A DNA stretch of 47,162 nucleotides from Candidatus Campbellbacteria bacterium (GCA_947311625.1 CAMZKW010000006.1:1-47162), one strand, 5' to 3'. Positions 11,613-23,453 are shown, numbered from the stretch's first letter. Notes: generated by a model not told the origin, from the sequence alone. Numbers and translations: made by a program.

Positions 11613-13472
11613 ATGTCACAAATTAAAGAACAAAACAATATAGAGAAAAAAACTTTTTTGAGTTTTTTTAGAAAAAAAGAAAGTAGAAAGGAAGAAGAAT
11701 TTAAATTAGGTTTTAATAGATTCAAAAAAGAAATTTTGAAAAGAAAATTAGATTTTTTTAAATTATTTATTGCTACTTTATTTATTTTTATCCCCGTAAC
11801 TTTTGGGAATTTTTTGAATGGAAAAATTTTAGATTCCTTAATTAAAGGTGGTCAAAAAAATATATTAGGTTATTCCTTTGATTTGATCTGATGGTTTGTT
11901 GGATTATATATTTTTGTCCAAATTTTATGAAGAATCTTTGATTTGTATGTTTATAAATATAAATCTCCAAGAGTTGCAAATGATATATATAAATCATATT
12001 CAAAAGAAATTTTCAAAAAAGTTATATCATATCCTATTTCATTTTTTAAGGAAAAATCTTTAGGAAGAGTAGTGCATTCTTTTACCACAGGTGTAGATAA
12101 AACTTCAGAATCTGTTTCTAAAACTATGTATTTTGTTGGTTACCCTTTTATGACAATATTTAATATTATGTTCCTATTTTATATTTCATGAAAAATTGCC
12201 TTAGTTGTTTTTATAGGTTCCATACTTTATTGAATACATTTAAAATTAACCATTGAAAAAAGAAAAAGAGTAACCAGGGAATTTAATAACATAAAAAAAG
12301 AGATAAGTTCAAAAATAACAGAAAGTATAAATTTTTCTATAGAGATTAAAAAAAATCTTAAAGAAGAAAAAGAGTTTAACTCATTGTCTAATCTTTTAAG
12401 TAATGATTTTCAAGATAAATTTTATAATAAAGTAAATTTTAACTTAATAAATTCTTTATTTTTAAAAATATTATTTCTGTCAGTTTCGATTATAGTTTTA
12501 TTTATGATTATTTTTCAATATAAGTCTGGATTTTTAACAGAAGGAGATGTTCTTGCAATTATAATGTATTCTAGTGCTGTTATGAGAAATGTGAATTTTA
12601 TAGTAAATTATATAAATACATATATAGAATCCTTTACTTTAATTGGCGACACTGAAAAACTACTACTCCAAACTCCAGAAAACTATGACAAAGATAAAAA
12701 ATCAAAAAAGGTGGAAGGAGAAATAGAATTCAAAAATCTAGATTTTGAATACGAATTAGAAAATGAAGAAAAAGAAAAAAAGAAATTTTCTTTAAAAAAT
12801 ATAAATCTAAAAATAGAAAAAGGACAAAAGGTAGCTTTTGTTGGTGAAAGTGGAGGAGGAAAATCTACATCCATAGAATTAATCGGTGGATTTTACTTTC
12901 CAAACAAAGGAGAAATATTAGTTGATAATATTTCTACAAGGGAATGAAATCTAAATGATTTAAGAAAATCCATAGCTTATGTTTCTCAAGATATAGCTAT
13001 CTTTAATACAACCATTAAAGATAATATAGCTTATGGTTCTTTAAAAGAAAATATAAGTGATGAAGAAATAAGAGAAGCAGCTAAATTAGCACATATTGAT
13101 GAATATATAGAAAACTTACCAGATAAATATGATACAAAGGTAGGGGAAAAAGGATTAAAACTATCGGGAGGTCAAAGACAAAGAATAGCTATAGCTAGGG
13201 CAATTCTAAGAAATCCAAAAATATTAATTCTAGATGAACCAACATCAGCTTTAGATATTAAATCAGAAACTTACATAACAGAAGCTTTAAAAGATTTAAT
13301 GAAAGGAAGAACTACCATAATAATAGCTCACAGAATTTCAACCATTAGAGATGCAGATAAAATCTTTGTATTCCATAGAGGTGAAATAGTTGAAGAAGGA
13401 AGTTACCGAGAACTAACAGAAAAAGATGGGAGATTTAAAGAAATGGTTGAGTTGAGTGATGGGTTAAATTAA
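11613..13472 (+). CDS. ABC exporter, fused TMD-NBD (MsbA/MdlB-like), UGA=Trp
   Basis: TM N-half; GESGGGKST Walker A, LSGGQRQRIAIARA, ILDEPTSALD, IAHR. Confidence 0.92.
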
Positions 13473-13514
13473 AAATAACGACATAAATTGCTATAGCAAT
13501 TTATGTCGTTATTT
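13473..13514. repeat. Perfect 42-bp palindrome (family copy 1 of 3)
   Basis: AAATAACGACATAAATTGCTA|TAGCAATTTATGTCGTTATTT. Confidence 0.92.
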
Positions 13515-13578
13515 ATTTTAAAAAAATAAAATTTTTTTATTTTAAATTTTATAAAATGCTATAATATATAAATATATT

Positions 13579-15069
13579 ATGTCTAAAAAATTTGCAATAA
13601 AAATAAATAAAATCACAAAGTATTTTGATGAAAAACTTATTTTAGATAAGGTGGATTTTTCTTTATATTTTGGTGAAAAGGTGGCTTTAATTGGACCTAA
13701 TGGTTCTGGAAAATCTACACTATCTAAAATTATTTTAGGAGAAGAAAAGCAAGATTCAGGAACCATAGAGGTTTTTAAAGAGTTTAAAATATCTTATTTA
13801 CCCCAGGAATTTAATAAAGATATTTTAGTGGAAAGATATCTAGAAATGGAAAAAAGAGTTAGTGATGAGCGAAGAAAAATTTTTGAGTTGTTTGATGATT
13901 TTGGGTTTAGTGAAGAAATTTTGCGAAGCAAAATTTCTTCTTTGTCTGGTGGTGAAAAAACTAAAATATTTTTGATTAAAGTGACTTTAGAAAATTCTGA
14001 TATCATTATTTTAGATGAACCAACAAATAATTTAGATAGTGATGGTTTAGATTATTTAGAGAAAATTATAAATAATTCAAAATCTTCATTTTTAATTATC
14101 TCCCATGACAGAAATTTTTTAGACAATACCGTTTCTAAAATTATTTCTTTAGATGGTGATTTTCATAGTATAAAAATTTATGATGGAAATTATTCTTCCT
14201 ACATATATCAAAAAGAGCAGAGCGATGAAAGAGATGAAAGGCTTTATGGAGAAAACCAAAGAAGAAAAAAAAAAATTGAAGAAGAAATAAAAATAAATCA
14301 AGGAAAGGCTTTTAGAAAAGAAACTGGAGTAAAAGTTAATTCTGATAATGATAAATTGGGAAATAATTTAAAAAAATCAAATTATGCATTAAAAGCATCT
14401 GGGGCTTTAAAAAATGCAAAAAATAAATTAAAAAATTTTGATGAGCTGGAAAGAGTAAAAAATAAAAGACCTTTAATTATTGATTTTTCAGAAATGAAAA
14501 ATTCTGGAGTAAATGTTTTAAAAATAGAAAATTTAATTTTAAATTTTGGTTTTAAAGAAAAAATAAATTATGAAATTTTTTCTGGAGATAGAGTTTTAAT
14601 TTCTGGTAAAAATGGTTCTGGTAAATCTACATTAATAAAAACTATTTTAGATTATAAAGAATATTCAGAAGAAATAATTTGAGGATCAAATATAAAATTA
14701 GGTTATTTACCACAAAACTTGAATTATGGAAAAGATGATGAAAAATTTATAGATTATTTTTTAGAAGAAACTGGAAAAAATATTACTGAAGCAAGAAAAG
14801 TTTTAAAACGATTTGGTTTCTTTGATGAAGAGGTAGTATCTAAAATAAATAGTTTATCTCCTGGGATGAGGGCTAGGGGAAAAATAGCTCTTATGTTAGC
14901 AGATAACCCCAACGTTCTTATTTTAGATGAGCCAACAAATAATTTAGATTTAGAAGTTTTAGAGGAATTTGAAAAAGCTTTAAAAAAATATAAAGGGACA
15001 ATTATTTTTGTTTCCCATGATAAATATTTTATAGAAAAAATATCACCAAATAAAATTTTAGAATTATAA
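13579..15069 (+). CDS. ABC-F family ATP-binding protein
   Basis: Two NBDs (GPNGSGKST, LSGGEK, LDEPTNNLD, SHDR; GKNGSGKST, LDEPTNNLD, SHDK), no TM; joined at TGA 14680-14682. Confidence 0.92.
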
Positions 15070-15097
15070 AAAAAATCAAATTTTTGTTTGATATTTT

Positions 15098-15802
15098 TTA
15101 TAATTCTAAAATAAATTTTTCCAAAGAATTTTTTAAATTTATTTTTCCTCTTCGACTTTCAGAATGAATTTTTAAAAGATTGAAAAGTTTATCACTGACT
15201 TCATTTTTTTTTCAGTTTTTTAAATTAGATTTTGCTTTTTTATAGGGGAATGATTTTAGTCCAGATTCTTTCTCAGAAAATTTTTCAGATAAAGATAAAG
15301 TTTTTATTGACCAAAAAATAACATTGTAAATATCTTCAGGCAGGATACCATTTTTTAAACTTTCTTGGTAAAAAGTTCAAGCTTCTTTTTTATTTTTAGA
15401 TTGTAAATAATCTGAAATTTTAAAAAGATTTTCATCTATCTTTTTATTTTTTTTAAATTCTTCCAAGGAATATGAAAATTTTTTAACCTCTTTTTCTTCG
15501 CTGGCAGTTATTTTTTCTTCTGAAAAAATAAAAGCTGATTCTGATTTTTTAAATTCTTCTAAATTTTCTAAAATTCATTTTTTTAAATCTTTGTTGTAAA
15601 AAATATTTGTCAGTAAAATAATATTTTTTTCTTCAAAAAGACCTTGAGATTTTAATAATTCTTTTAGTTTTTCATCTGTTAAATCAAAAGAATCAAAATG
15701 TATAAAATTAGAGGAAGGTCTTTTTGATTTTACATTTATTAAAACAGACTGTATTTTTTTTTGTCTTTTTTCAAAATTATCTCCAAAGTAGAATAATAAC
15801 AT
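15098..15802 (-). CDS. holA: DNA polymerase III delta subunit (HolA)-like, short form
   Basis: SQGLFEEKNIILL N-terminal motif and NLFKISD..KEA* ..LEKFILEL C-terminus; TGA read-through. Confidence 0.6.
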
Positions 15803-15994
15803 ATTTATATTATAACATTTCTGATATAATAGAAAAATGTTTTTTTAAAATTAAATCTTAAGCTTAGAAATCTTTTGATTTTTTTATTCCAATAGATTAC
15901 AGAGTTTTTGTTTTTTAGGAATGAGTTGTTTTTAATCAAAAATTTTATCCAAGAAAATATTATCAATAATATTTTTTAATGATATAATATAGAG

Positions 15995-16984
15995 ATGAAT
16001 TATTTATATTTTGGAATTGTTTTAGGAATCTTTACTTTAGTTTGAATTTTTTTAAAATGAAAAAAAAGAATGATTATGGTAACTCATTCAGGAGCATATC
16101 ATTTGGATGATGTATTTTCGACATCAGTTTTAATAATTAAAGCTAAAATGGAAGGAAATTTTTTTCAAGTAATTAGAACTCGGGATGAAAAGAAATTTGA
16201 GAAATGAAGGATGGCTAGGAAAAAAGGTAGAGAGGTGTATATATATGATGTGGGAAGAATTTATAATGAAGAAAAAAATGAATTTGATCATCACCAAATT
16301 GGAGGTGCTGGAAAAAGAAAAAATGGTATAGAATATTCTTCAGCTGGACTAGTGTGAAAAAAGTTTGGAAAAGAAGTGTGTGGTTCCGAAGAGATAGCTT
16401 GAAAAATTGAAAAAAAAATGGTTTTAGCAATTGACGCTTTAGATAATGGCCAGTCTATATATGAACAGAAATATGATTTTTACAACTATGATTTATCAAA
16501 TTTAATAAAATCATTTTTACCAGTTAAAAAAAATAAATTTAAATTAAATTTTGCCTTTTGTAAATCCGTTAGACTATTAGAAAATATTTTAAAAAAAGAA
16601 ATTAATTTTTCAAAAAAACTTGTAGATGATGAAAAAAAAGTTTCAGAAGTTTATAGAAAATCAGAAAATAAAAAAGTTTTAATATTTAAAGATTCTGATA
16701 TATCAACTATTTCTATTGTTGAAAAATATCCTGATGTTTTGTTTACCATAACACAAAAAGAAAAAAATGTTTGAGTTATAGAAACAATTTCTAAAAAATT
16801 TGGTTCTTTTGAAAGAAGAAAATATTTACCAAAATCCTGGGGAGGTCTGGAAGGCTATGATTTAGATAATATTACAGGTGTGGTTGGTGGAATATTTTGT
16901 CATAGAAATGTTTTTATTGCATCAGCAAGAACTGAAAAATCTGCTAGGGAAATGGTAGAAATTGCTCTGAAAAATAAAGAGTAA
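15995..16984 (+). CDS. MYG1/UPF0160 family metal-dependent hydrolase with N-terminal TM segment
   Basis: THSGAYHLDD, YDVG, FDHHQ, YSSAGLV*, LPKSWGGL, GIFCHRNVF. Confidence 0.88.
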
Positions 16985-17007
16985 TTTTTTTTCTAAAAAA
17001 ACCAATT

Positions 17008-18285
17008 TTAAATTGGTAAATTCATAGGAGCTTCTCCTTTTTTTGAATCAATTCTTTCAAATGTTGGTGTTGCCGTTGTAGCAGTGGGTGGGTGAAAAAT
17101 TGTTGCTAATTCTTCTGTGGACATAACAAATGTATTATATCTTTTTCCATTATGCTGTCAAACTTTTTTTTCTTGATTTGATGCTTCAAAAAATTTTCTT
17201 CTTTTAAAATCTCCAAACATTGTTCTCCTTAATTCTTCAGTTCTTTTTCCACTTGGGTCTTGTCATGTATAATCAAAGCCTGTATGGAACCCATAGCCTA
17301 GATTGTTAAAATCTATAGATGTTAGTGGTTGAAAAAAAGCTAAAGTTGGATTTATATTTCCGGCATCAAATTTACCATCTTCTGAAAAATAAATAATTCT
17401 CACACCTGTTCAATATGAAGGTTTATTTATATTATCAATAATAGAAGAAATAACTTCTTTCTCTCTATCGGTAGAAACTTTTTGAAATTTAATACCATCG
17501 GCATTTTCTTCCATTAAATCTTCTTTAATTTTTTCAATCTCTTCCTTGGCAATATCTTTTCAATCATAATATTCATCTTTTCCTATACCAAAAATTCTTT
17601 TCCAAAAAGGCTTTTCTTTTAGGTAATCTTTCTTTTGAGCTTTTATAACTATTTGCATTCAAAAATTTTCACCTTCTCCAATATTCCCAAGGGTTTCTAT
17701 AAAATATGAAATAGGGTCTATAACCTCCTCTGCTTTTAGTCCAGGTTTATCTAGACCAAATTTTTTATAAGTTTTGATTGGTAGAGGGTCCGGTTTATTT
17801 AATTTTGCTTCAAACCCAAAGAAACCTCCAGCAGCTTCCTTTTCATAGGAAAAATATTTTGTATAATCTGGAACTTGATTCATTTCTATGGTTGGATATT
17901 GAGCATAAAATGCAGATTCTACTAATTTAGAAAGTGATTTTCTTGTCAAAATATAAAATCTAACATTACCATCTATGGATGCAATCTCCAAAGAATATTT
18001 CGCTCTAGATTTTCCAGACCAACTTTTAGAAAATCAATTTCCTTCACCACCAGTTTGAACTAGAGAAGAAAGAACTATTTCCATCGCTTCGGGTGTTTTA
18101 AAAATTTCTTTTGGTGATTTTATTTCGTAGAGAACCGTTTCTTGACCCAATTCAAATTCCCAGGCTTTTAAATCATAGAACTTATTTTTTAATCTTATTA
18201 GAAGTTGAATAAAAATAATTATTGGTAGAAAAACTAAAAATACATAAAATGTTATTTCCAATGTGTGTAAAATAGTATCAAACAT
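17008..18285 (-). CDS. Conserved membrane-anchored hypothetical protein (Patescibacteria-type)
   Basis: EIKSPKE..PEAMEIVL, YSLEIAS, YAQYP, PLPIKTY, EELATIFHPP, GEAPMNLPI; one frame with TGA read-through. Confidence 0.75.
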
Positions 18286-18451
18286 AAGTTTATTATATCA
18301 AAAAATAATAATAATAAAAATACTTAGTTTGGATTCAAATCTAATTCAGAATTTTAGTGGTATTTTTTATAAATATTTAGAATATTCTTTTATTTTTTTA
18401 AAAAACTAAAGTATAAAATACGTCAATGGATCTAATTAACTCAAAAACTAC

Positions 18452-18478
18452 TTGACAAAAAAAAAAGACGATTATAAT
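18452..18478 (+). promoter_or_regulatory. sigma70-type promoter with poly-A spacer
   Basis: TTGACA 18452-18457, A10 run, GACGAT, TATAAT 18473-18478 (15-nt spacer). Confidence 0.7.
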
Positions 18479-18543
18479 ACAAAAAGATAAAAAGCGGAGC
18501 GAAAGCTAATAAATAATAAAACAGAAAAGGAGAAGTAATAGGA

Positions 18544-19149
18544 TTGTTTGATACAGAAGAGGTTAATATAGGCTTAAAAAACAGAAACAAGTTTATTATA
18601 GGAGGGAGTATCGATCAGAATATATTCTTTAGAGTTAGAGATTTTCTTACTTATTTTGAATCTAGAGCTGATTTAAGTACAGGTAAATATCCTGATATCG
18701 AAATCAAAATTGATTCTCCAGGTGGTGATTATTCGAAATACGGAAAGAACATCTGTATAATGCTAAATGAGTACAAAGGTAAAATTACAGGTATAGCTAC
18801 GGCTAATTGTAGCTCAATGGCTTTTTTAATTTTACAGAATTGCGATGTGAGAGTAGCCTATGAGAATGTAAGGATGGTTCCGCATTTGGTATCATACACA
18901 AATTTTCATGAAAGGCTTACATCGGTTGTTTATGAAAAGTTGATAAATGGCGACAAGAAGCTTTTAAAGGGGTTGAAATATCGTCTAAAAAAATTACAAA
19001 AAGATGATATGGATTTATCTAAATTCCTATCAAAAAAAAGTAATTTATCGGAAAAAAAAGTGTTGAAATTGTTGAAGAAAGATACAACTATTTCAGCAAA
19101 AAAAGCTTTAAAGTTGGGATTTATTGATGAAATAATTCCAGCTTTTTAA
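18544..19149 (+). CDS. ClpP-like (S14) peptidase, class B
   Basis: IDSPGG, ANCSSMAFLIL (catalytic Ser), MVPH, ISAKKALKLGFIDEII; start codon uncertain. Confidence 0.8.
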   Translation: MFDTEEVNIGLKNRNKFIIGGSIDQNIFFRVRDFLTYFESRADLSTGKYPDIEIKIDSPGGDYSKYGKNICIMLNEYKGKITGIATANCSSMAFLILQNCDVRVAYENVRMVPHLVSYTNFHERLTSVVYEKLINGDKKLLKGLKYRLKKLQKDDMDLSKFLSKKSNLSEKKVLKLLKKDTTISAKKALKLGFIDEIIPAF

Positions 19150-19203
19150 TAATAAATTCTCCATGGTGTTTTAGTGGAGGATGTTTTTTTTAAAAAAAAA
19201 ATC

Positions 19204-19226
19204 AGGTGGCGGCGTAGCCGCCACCT
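19204..19226. repeat. GC-rich palindrome, GTA triloop
   Basis: AGGTGGCGGC-GTA-GCCGCCACCT. Confidence 0.9.
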
Positions 19227-19254
19227 ACATTATTAAAAATGTTATAATAAAAAT

Positions 19255-20196
19255 ATGTTTATTAGGAAAAAAAAAGTTATTTTAATCAATGGGCCAACGG
19301 CTTCGGGAAAATCTTCTTTAGCTATTGAATTGGCAAAAAAAATAAATGGTGAGATTATTTCAGTGGATTCTCGTCAGGTTTTTAAGGAAATTCCATATTT
19401 TTCTGGAGCAGTTTTGGAAAGCGAAATGGATGGTATAAAACATCATTTTGTGGGTGAATTATCTTTATTAAAAAATAATGAATTTAATATTTCAAATTTT
19501 CAAAAAAAAGTTTTTCAAAAAATTGATGAAATTTTAGAAAAAGGAAAAAGTCCAATTTTAGTTGGAGGTTCATCTTTCTTTTTTGAATCAGTGATTTATA
19601 AAAATTTTTTACCAGAAATTAAACCAGACTTGGAGATTAGAAAAGAATTAGAAAAAAAAACAAAGGAAGAATTGTATCAAGAAATTTTAGAAAAGGATAA
19701 AAAAACAGCTGAAAGAATTGATAAAAATAATCCTGCTCGTTTAATTAGGGCGGTGGAAATTATTAGAAAAAATGGTTTTGTGCCGGAGCAAAAAAAAACT
19801 TTAAGAAAAAAATATTTTTTCTATGAAATTTTTCTTTATGACGAAAGAGAAAAAATCAACAAAAAAATTGAAAATAATTTTTTGAAGAGAGCAGATGGGA
19901 TTTTGAAGGAGGCGGAAATTTTGCGAAGCAAAATTTCCATCCAAAAATTACAACAACTCGGATTGGCCTATAAAAATATTTTTAATTTTTGAGAAGGTAA
20001 AATAACAGAAAAAGAATTTATTAAATTAGGTATAAAGGAGGAGCAAAAATATGCAAAAAGACAAATAACTTATTTAAAAAAATTTTTTAAAAATTTACCA
20101 GAAAAAAAATGATGAAATTTCAAAAATATAAAAAAAGAAAAATTTTTTTCCCACAATGAGATGTTGTTTGAAAAAGTTATTAATTTTTTAAAATAA
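19255..20196 (+). CDS. miaA: tRNA dimethylallyltransferase, UGA=Trp
   Basis: GPTASGKS, SVDSRQV, VGGS, RLIRAVE, YAKRQIT. Confidence 0.94.
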
Positions 20197-20220
20197 AAAA
20201 TACATTTACGTATTTTATTG

Positions 20221-20293
20221 TCCACCCGGAAGGACTTGAACCTTCGGCCATCAGATTAAGAGTCTGGTGCTCTACCAACTGAGCTACGAGTGG
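20221..20293 (-). tRNA. tRNA-Lys(CTT)
   Basis: Cloverleaf: CCACTCG/CGGGTGG acceptor, TAGCTCAGTTGGTAGAGC D-arm, CT-CTT-AA loop, GGTTCAAGTCC T-arm. Confidence 0.93.
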
Positions 20294-20378
20294 ATATTTA
20301 ATTTATGAATTATAACAAATAATAAAATTATATCAATATTTTCTTTTTTTATAAAAATAAAAATGATATAATTAAAAA

Positions 20379-21008
20379 ATGATAATAACAAGATATGAAA
20401 ATTATTTTTTAAAATTTTCCTTTTCCGATAAAATAATTGGTTTAAATCCACCATCAAAGGATTCAAAATTAAAAACTTCAAAATTTGGTTCCGATGTAGT
20501 TCTATCCAATGTATTCCATAAAGATTTTAATGGTTTTGAATTTATGTCATTTGGGGATAGAGAACCGTTTGTTATTAAAGGTCCAGGTGAGTATGAAGTC
20601 TCTGATGTTTTTATAAAAGCCTATGGTTTTGTCTCAAAATTTGATGGAGAAGATAAAATAATAACTTCATACACAATGCTTTTGGATGGAATAAATATTG
20701 CAATTTTTGGACCTATCTCTTCCGGTGATAAATTTTCCAATGAAGCCTACGAAGAATTTTCGAAATCTGATGTTTTTATTTTACCCATTGGAGGCGGAGA
20801 TGCTTTTTCCCCAAAGGATGCTTGAAAATTTGTTAAACAATTTGGACCAAAAATTATTATTCCAGTTTTTGGAACAAAAGAAGATGTAGAGGAATTTAAA
20901 ACAAATGTTGGGGTTGATGTTTTAGTGGAAGAAAAATTAACTTTAAAACAAAAAGATATTCCCGAAGAGGGAATTTTAAAAATTTATGATTTAAAACTTG
21001 CTAAGTAG
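20379..21008 (+). CDS. MBL-fold (lactamase_B_3-like) protein
   Basis: IKGPGEYEV, DVFILPIGGG, PKIIIP; read through TGA 20823-20825. Confidence 0.75.
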
Positions 21009-21045
21009 TAAGTTTTTTTGTATAATAAAGAAAAAAGTAAGGAGG
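20998..21045 (+). promoter_or_regulatory. sigma70 promoter and SD of class B operon
   Basis: TTGCTA 20998-21003, 17 nt, TATAAT 21021-21026; AAGGAGG 21039-21045. Confidence 0.6.
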
Positions 21046-21049
21046 AATT

Positions 21050-21232
21050 ATGGTGTGGTGGTTTTTATTGTATATTTGTATTGGATTTATAGTGTCTATT
21101 ATTGATAGCATGGTTAGAAAATCTGATATGCTGAGTATAGCAGCATTTATTATTTGGCCGGTGGTTCTATTTCTACTTTTAAAATTATTGGTAGACATAG
21201 TTTATATTATTTACAAAACAAAAAAAGGATGA
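21050..21232 (+). CDS. Small two-TM orphan protein (class B)
   Basis: Strong SD, 3 TGG, ends TGA-TAA. Confidence 0.7.
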   Translation: MVWWFLLYICIGFIVSIIDSMVRKSDMLSIAAFIIWPVVLFLLLKLLVDIVYIIYKTKKG

Positions 21233-21235
21233 TAA

Positions 21236-21607
21236 ATGATATATTTTTTTAAAAAAATATGGTCCAAAGTATTTGGTCCAACGGTTAGAGGCTTATCGGA
21301 AAGTGATATCAAGAAATTGGTAAGTTTGGCGATAAAAAACAAAAGACGATGTTCTAGCGGATTTACTTTAAAAATAGGTTATACTCATCAAGGTTTTTAC
21401 CATAAAGAAAGTATGAATCTATTAGGTCAGTATCTAAAAAATTCAAAAAGTTTTTGGGCAGTTATCAAAGATGGATATCTTATTTTTGATTTTGAGATGA
21501 AAAAGGTAAAAATATTTGGTGACAAATTTGAAGATGGAGACGAAGCAACGCTTAAGATTTATCTCGAGGGTGTGGAAAATGATTTTTTTAGAAAGGAGAA
21601 AAGATGA
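21236..21607 (+). CDS. Orphan hypothetical protein (class B)
   Basis: 123 aa, 2 TGG, ends at TGA in an ATGA overlap with the next gene. Confidence 0.7.
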   Translation: MIYFFKKIWSKVFGPTVRGLSESDIKKLVSLAIKNKRRCSSGFTLKIGYTHQGFYHKESMNLLGQYLKNSKSFWAVIKDGYLIFDFEMKKVKIFGDKFEDGDEATLKIYLEGVENDFFRKEKR

Positions 21608-22011
21608 AAAAAGATAATATTATTGGAAAAATAATTCCTCTTTTAGGAAAGAGTGGTATCTTTGATTCAGAGTTAGAGACTATGGTCATTACTTTTGGTG
21701 ATTTTGATGGAGATTCTCTAGAAAGAATTAACATGGAATTTCAACCACAAAGTCTAATAATTTTTTCTGAGAAATATTCTTTTGAAAATAATAACGACTT
21801 CTGGTTCATCATCGAACAGGCAAAAAAGTTTAAAGATAAGAGGAATGTCGTTATCGTCTCAGATAATCAAGAGTTTCTAAAATTTGTTGTTTCAACAAGT
21901 TTAGAGCTTCTTGATACGGCAGCTGGTTTCTTTACCGGTGTGACTTATAATTTCACCGATGGGGTTAAAGAATTTAATTCCAGAAGTGGGATTTATAAGA
22001 ATAGATGTTAG
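21604..22011 (+). CDS. Orphan hypothetical protein (class B)
   Basis: AAAGGAG 21592-21598, 135 aa, TAG stop. Confidence 0.7.
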   Translation: MKKDNIIGKIIPLLGKSGIFDSELETMVITFGDFDGDSLERINMEFQPQSLIIFSEKYSFENNNDFWFIIEQAKKFKDKRNVVIVSDNQEFLKFVVSTSLELLDTAAGFFTGVTYNFTDGVKEFNSRSGIYKNRC

Positions 22012-22013
22012 TT

Positions 22014-22102
22014 GTGGCGAGCGATAGCGAGCCACTTTTTTTTATTTTATTGTGGTGGGCTGGCTGGCTTTGCCAGCCAGACCACCACAATAAAATAAAA
22101 AA
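22014..22102. repeat. Two adjacent palindromes closing the class B operon
   Basis: GTGGC..GCCAC plus T run (22014-22043) and a long stem 22038-22102 TTTATTTTATTGTGGTGG.CTGGCTGGC-TTT-GCCAGCCAG.CCACCACAATAAAATAAA. Confidence 0.85.
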
Positions 22103-22119
22103 TATGTTAAAATTATTCT

Positions 22120-23025
22120 ATGAATAAATTTCAAAATATTAGTGACTCCAATGTAAGAAAAACTTGATTTTTAATAAGTATATTTTCTGGAATAATTATT
22201 ACAATTGGTTGATTTTTAGCAGACCAATTTCAAAACAATTTAATTTTATATGGTTCCATTGGTTTTTCTTTAATTTCAACCTGAGTCTCATATTTCTTTT
22301 CAGATAAAATGGCAATAAAATCTTCTGGTTCTAAACCAATTGATTTAAAAACTAAAGATGGTCAGAGGTTGAATAATATTGTTTCAGATCTAGTTTCTCT
22401 TTCGGGAATACCAAAACCAAAAATTTTTATTATGAATGAGGATGCAATAAATGCTTTTGCCACTGGAAGAAATCCAAAAAATGCTTCAGTTTCTGTGACA
22501 AAGGGAGCCTTGGAAAAATTAAACGATAATGAATTAAAAGGTGTTTTATCTCATGAATTAACCCATGTGATAAATAGGGATATTTTGATAATGACAATAG
22601 TAGTATCTTTGGCAGGAATATTAACTTTCTTTATAAGAATGTTTAATCAAATTCAAAGATCGAATAAAAAATCTCCTTTGAGTCCTTTGGCAACTATATT
22701 TTTGATTACATTGGCACCCATAACTGTTTCTTTAATTAGGTCATCTGTTTCAAGAAAAAGAGAATATATGGCAGATGCTGGAGGGGCTATGATGACTCAT
22801 AATCCAGAATATTTAGCTGATGCTTTGGAAAAAATTAAATTATATTCTAAACCAATGAAAAAAAAATCTTTAAATACATCTCATCTTTTTATATCAAGTC
22901 CTTATAGGTCTGATATTGCTGGAATAAAATTAAATTTTTTAGATAATTTATTTTCAACACATCCACCTTTGGAAGATAGAATAAAAGTATTAAGAAATGG
23001 TGGGAGGAAAGATATTTTAAAATAA
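22120..23025 (+). CDS. htpX: Zinc metalloprotease HtpX (M48), UGA=Trp
   Basis: NAFATG, HELTH, SRKREYMAD, FSTHPP; N-terminus extended through three TGA. Confidence 0.93.
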
Positions 23026-23097
23026 ATCAGATATGCTTTATGTATTGTTTGCATAAAGTCTTTTTTTATTATTTAATTTAAAAAAAAGGAGGTAAAG

Positions 23098-23425
23098 ATG
23101 CAAAACAAGACATTGTTCTTTGCATATAATAGCAAAGGTAAAAAATATTAAGGTGGGATTTGTTGTAGATGAAGAAATTCTCCCTCTAACAAATTTTAGC
23201 AATATAGATGTTGTTTCTGCCTATTTCAGTTTTCATAATATTATTTATCTAGAAAACATTGAGGTTTTAGAAAACAATGTTGTCCTGGAAACAGGTATCT
23301 ATAGTGTTGTTTTTATTAAGGGTGTAGAGGCCGCCAGAGGTTTTGGCTTGGAAATGAGAGAGGTAAAACTTTCAGATTTTCCTCTTTTAAAATCTTTTAA
23401 GGAGATGGCAGGTAAATTATTTTGA
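23098..23425 (+). pseudogene. Orphan class B gene with a one-base frameshift in an A6 tract (23140-23145)
   Basis: AAGGAGG then ATG 23098; removing one A joins MQNKTLFFAYNSKG to KNIKVGFVVDEE; ends TGA followed by a terminator. Confidence 0.6.
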
Positions 23426-23453
23426 ATAGGCATCTTATGCTTATTCTTTTTTT
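23424..23453 (+). terminator. Intrinsic terminator overlapping a TGA stop
   Basis: GAATAGGCAT-CTT-ATGCTTATTC plus T7. Confidence 0.7.

Noticed and set aside
13921..19930. Exact 6000-bp spacing of the two coding palindromes
   Set aside because: Third copy (5401) does not fit the period; treated as coincidence
21050..22011. Prophage or IS element
   Set aside because: No integrase, transposase or structural genes; islets are only 1-3 small ORFs
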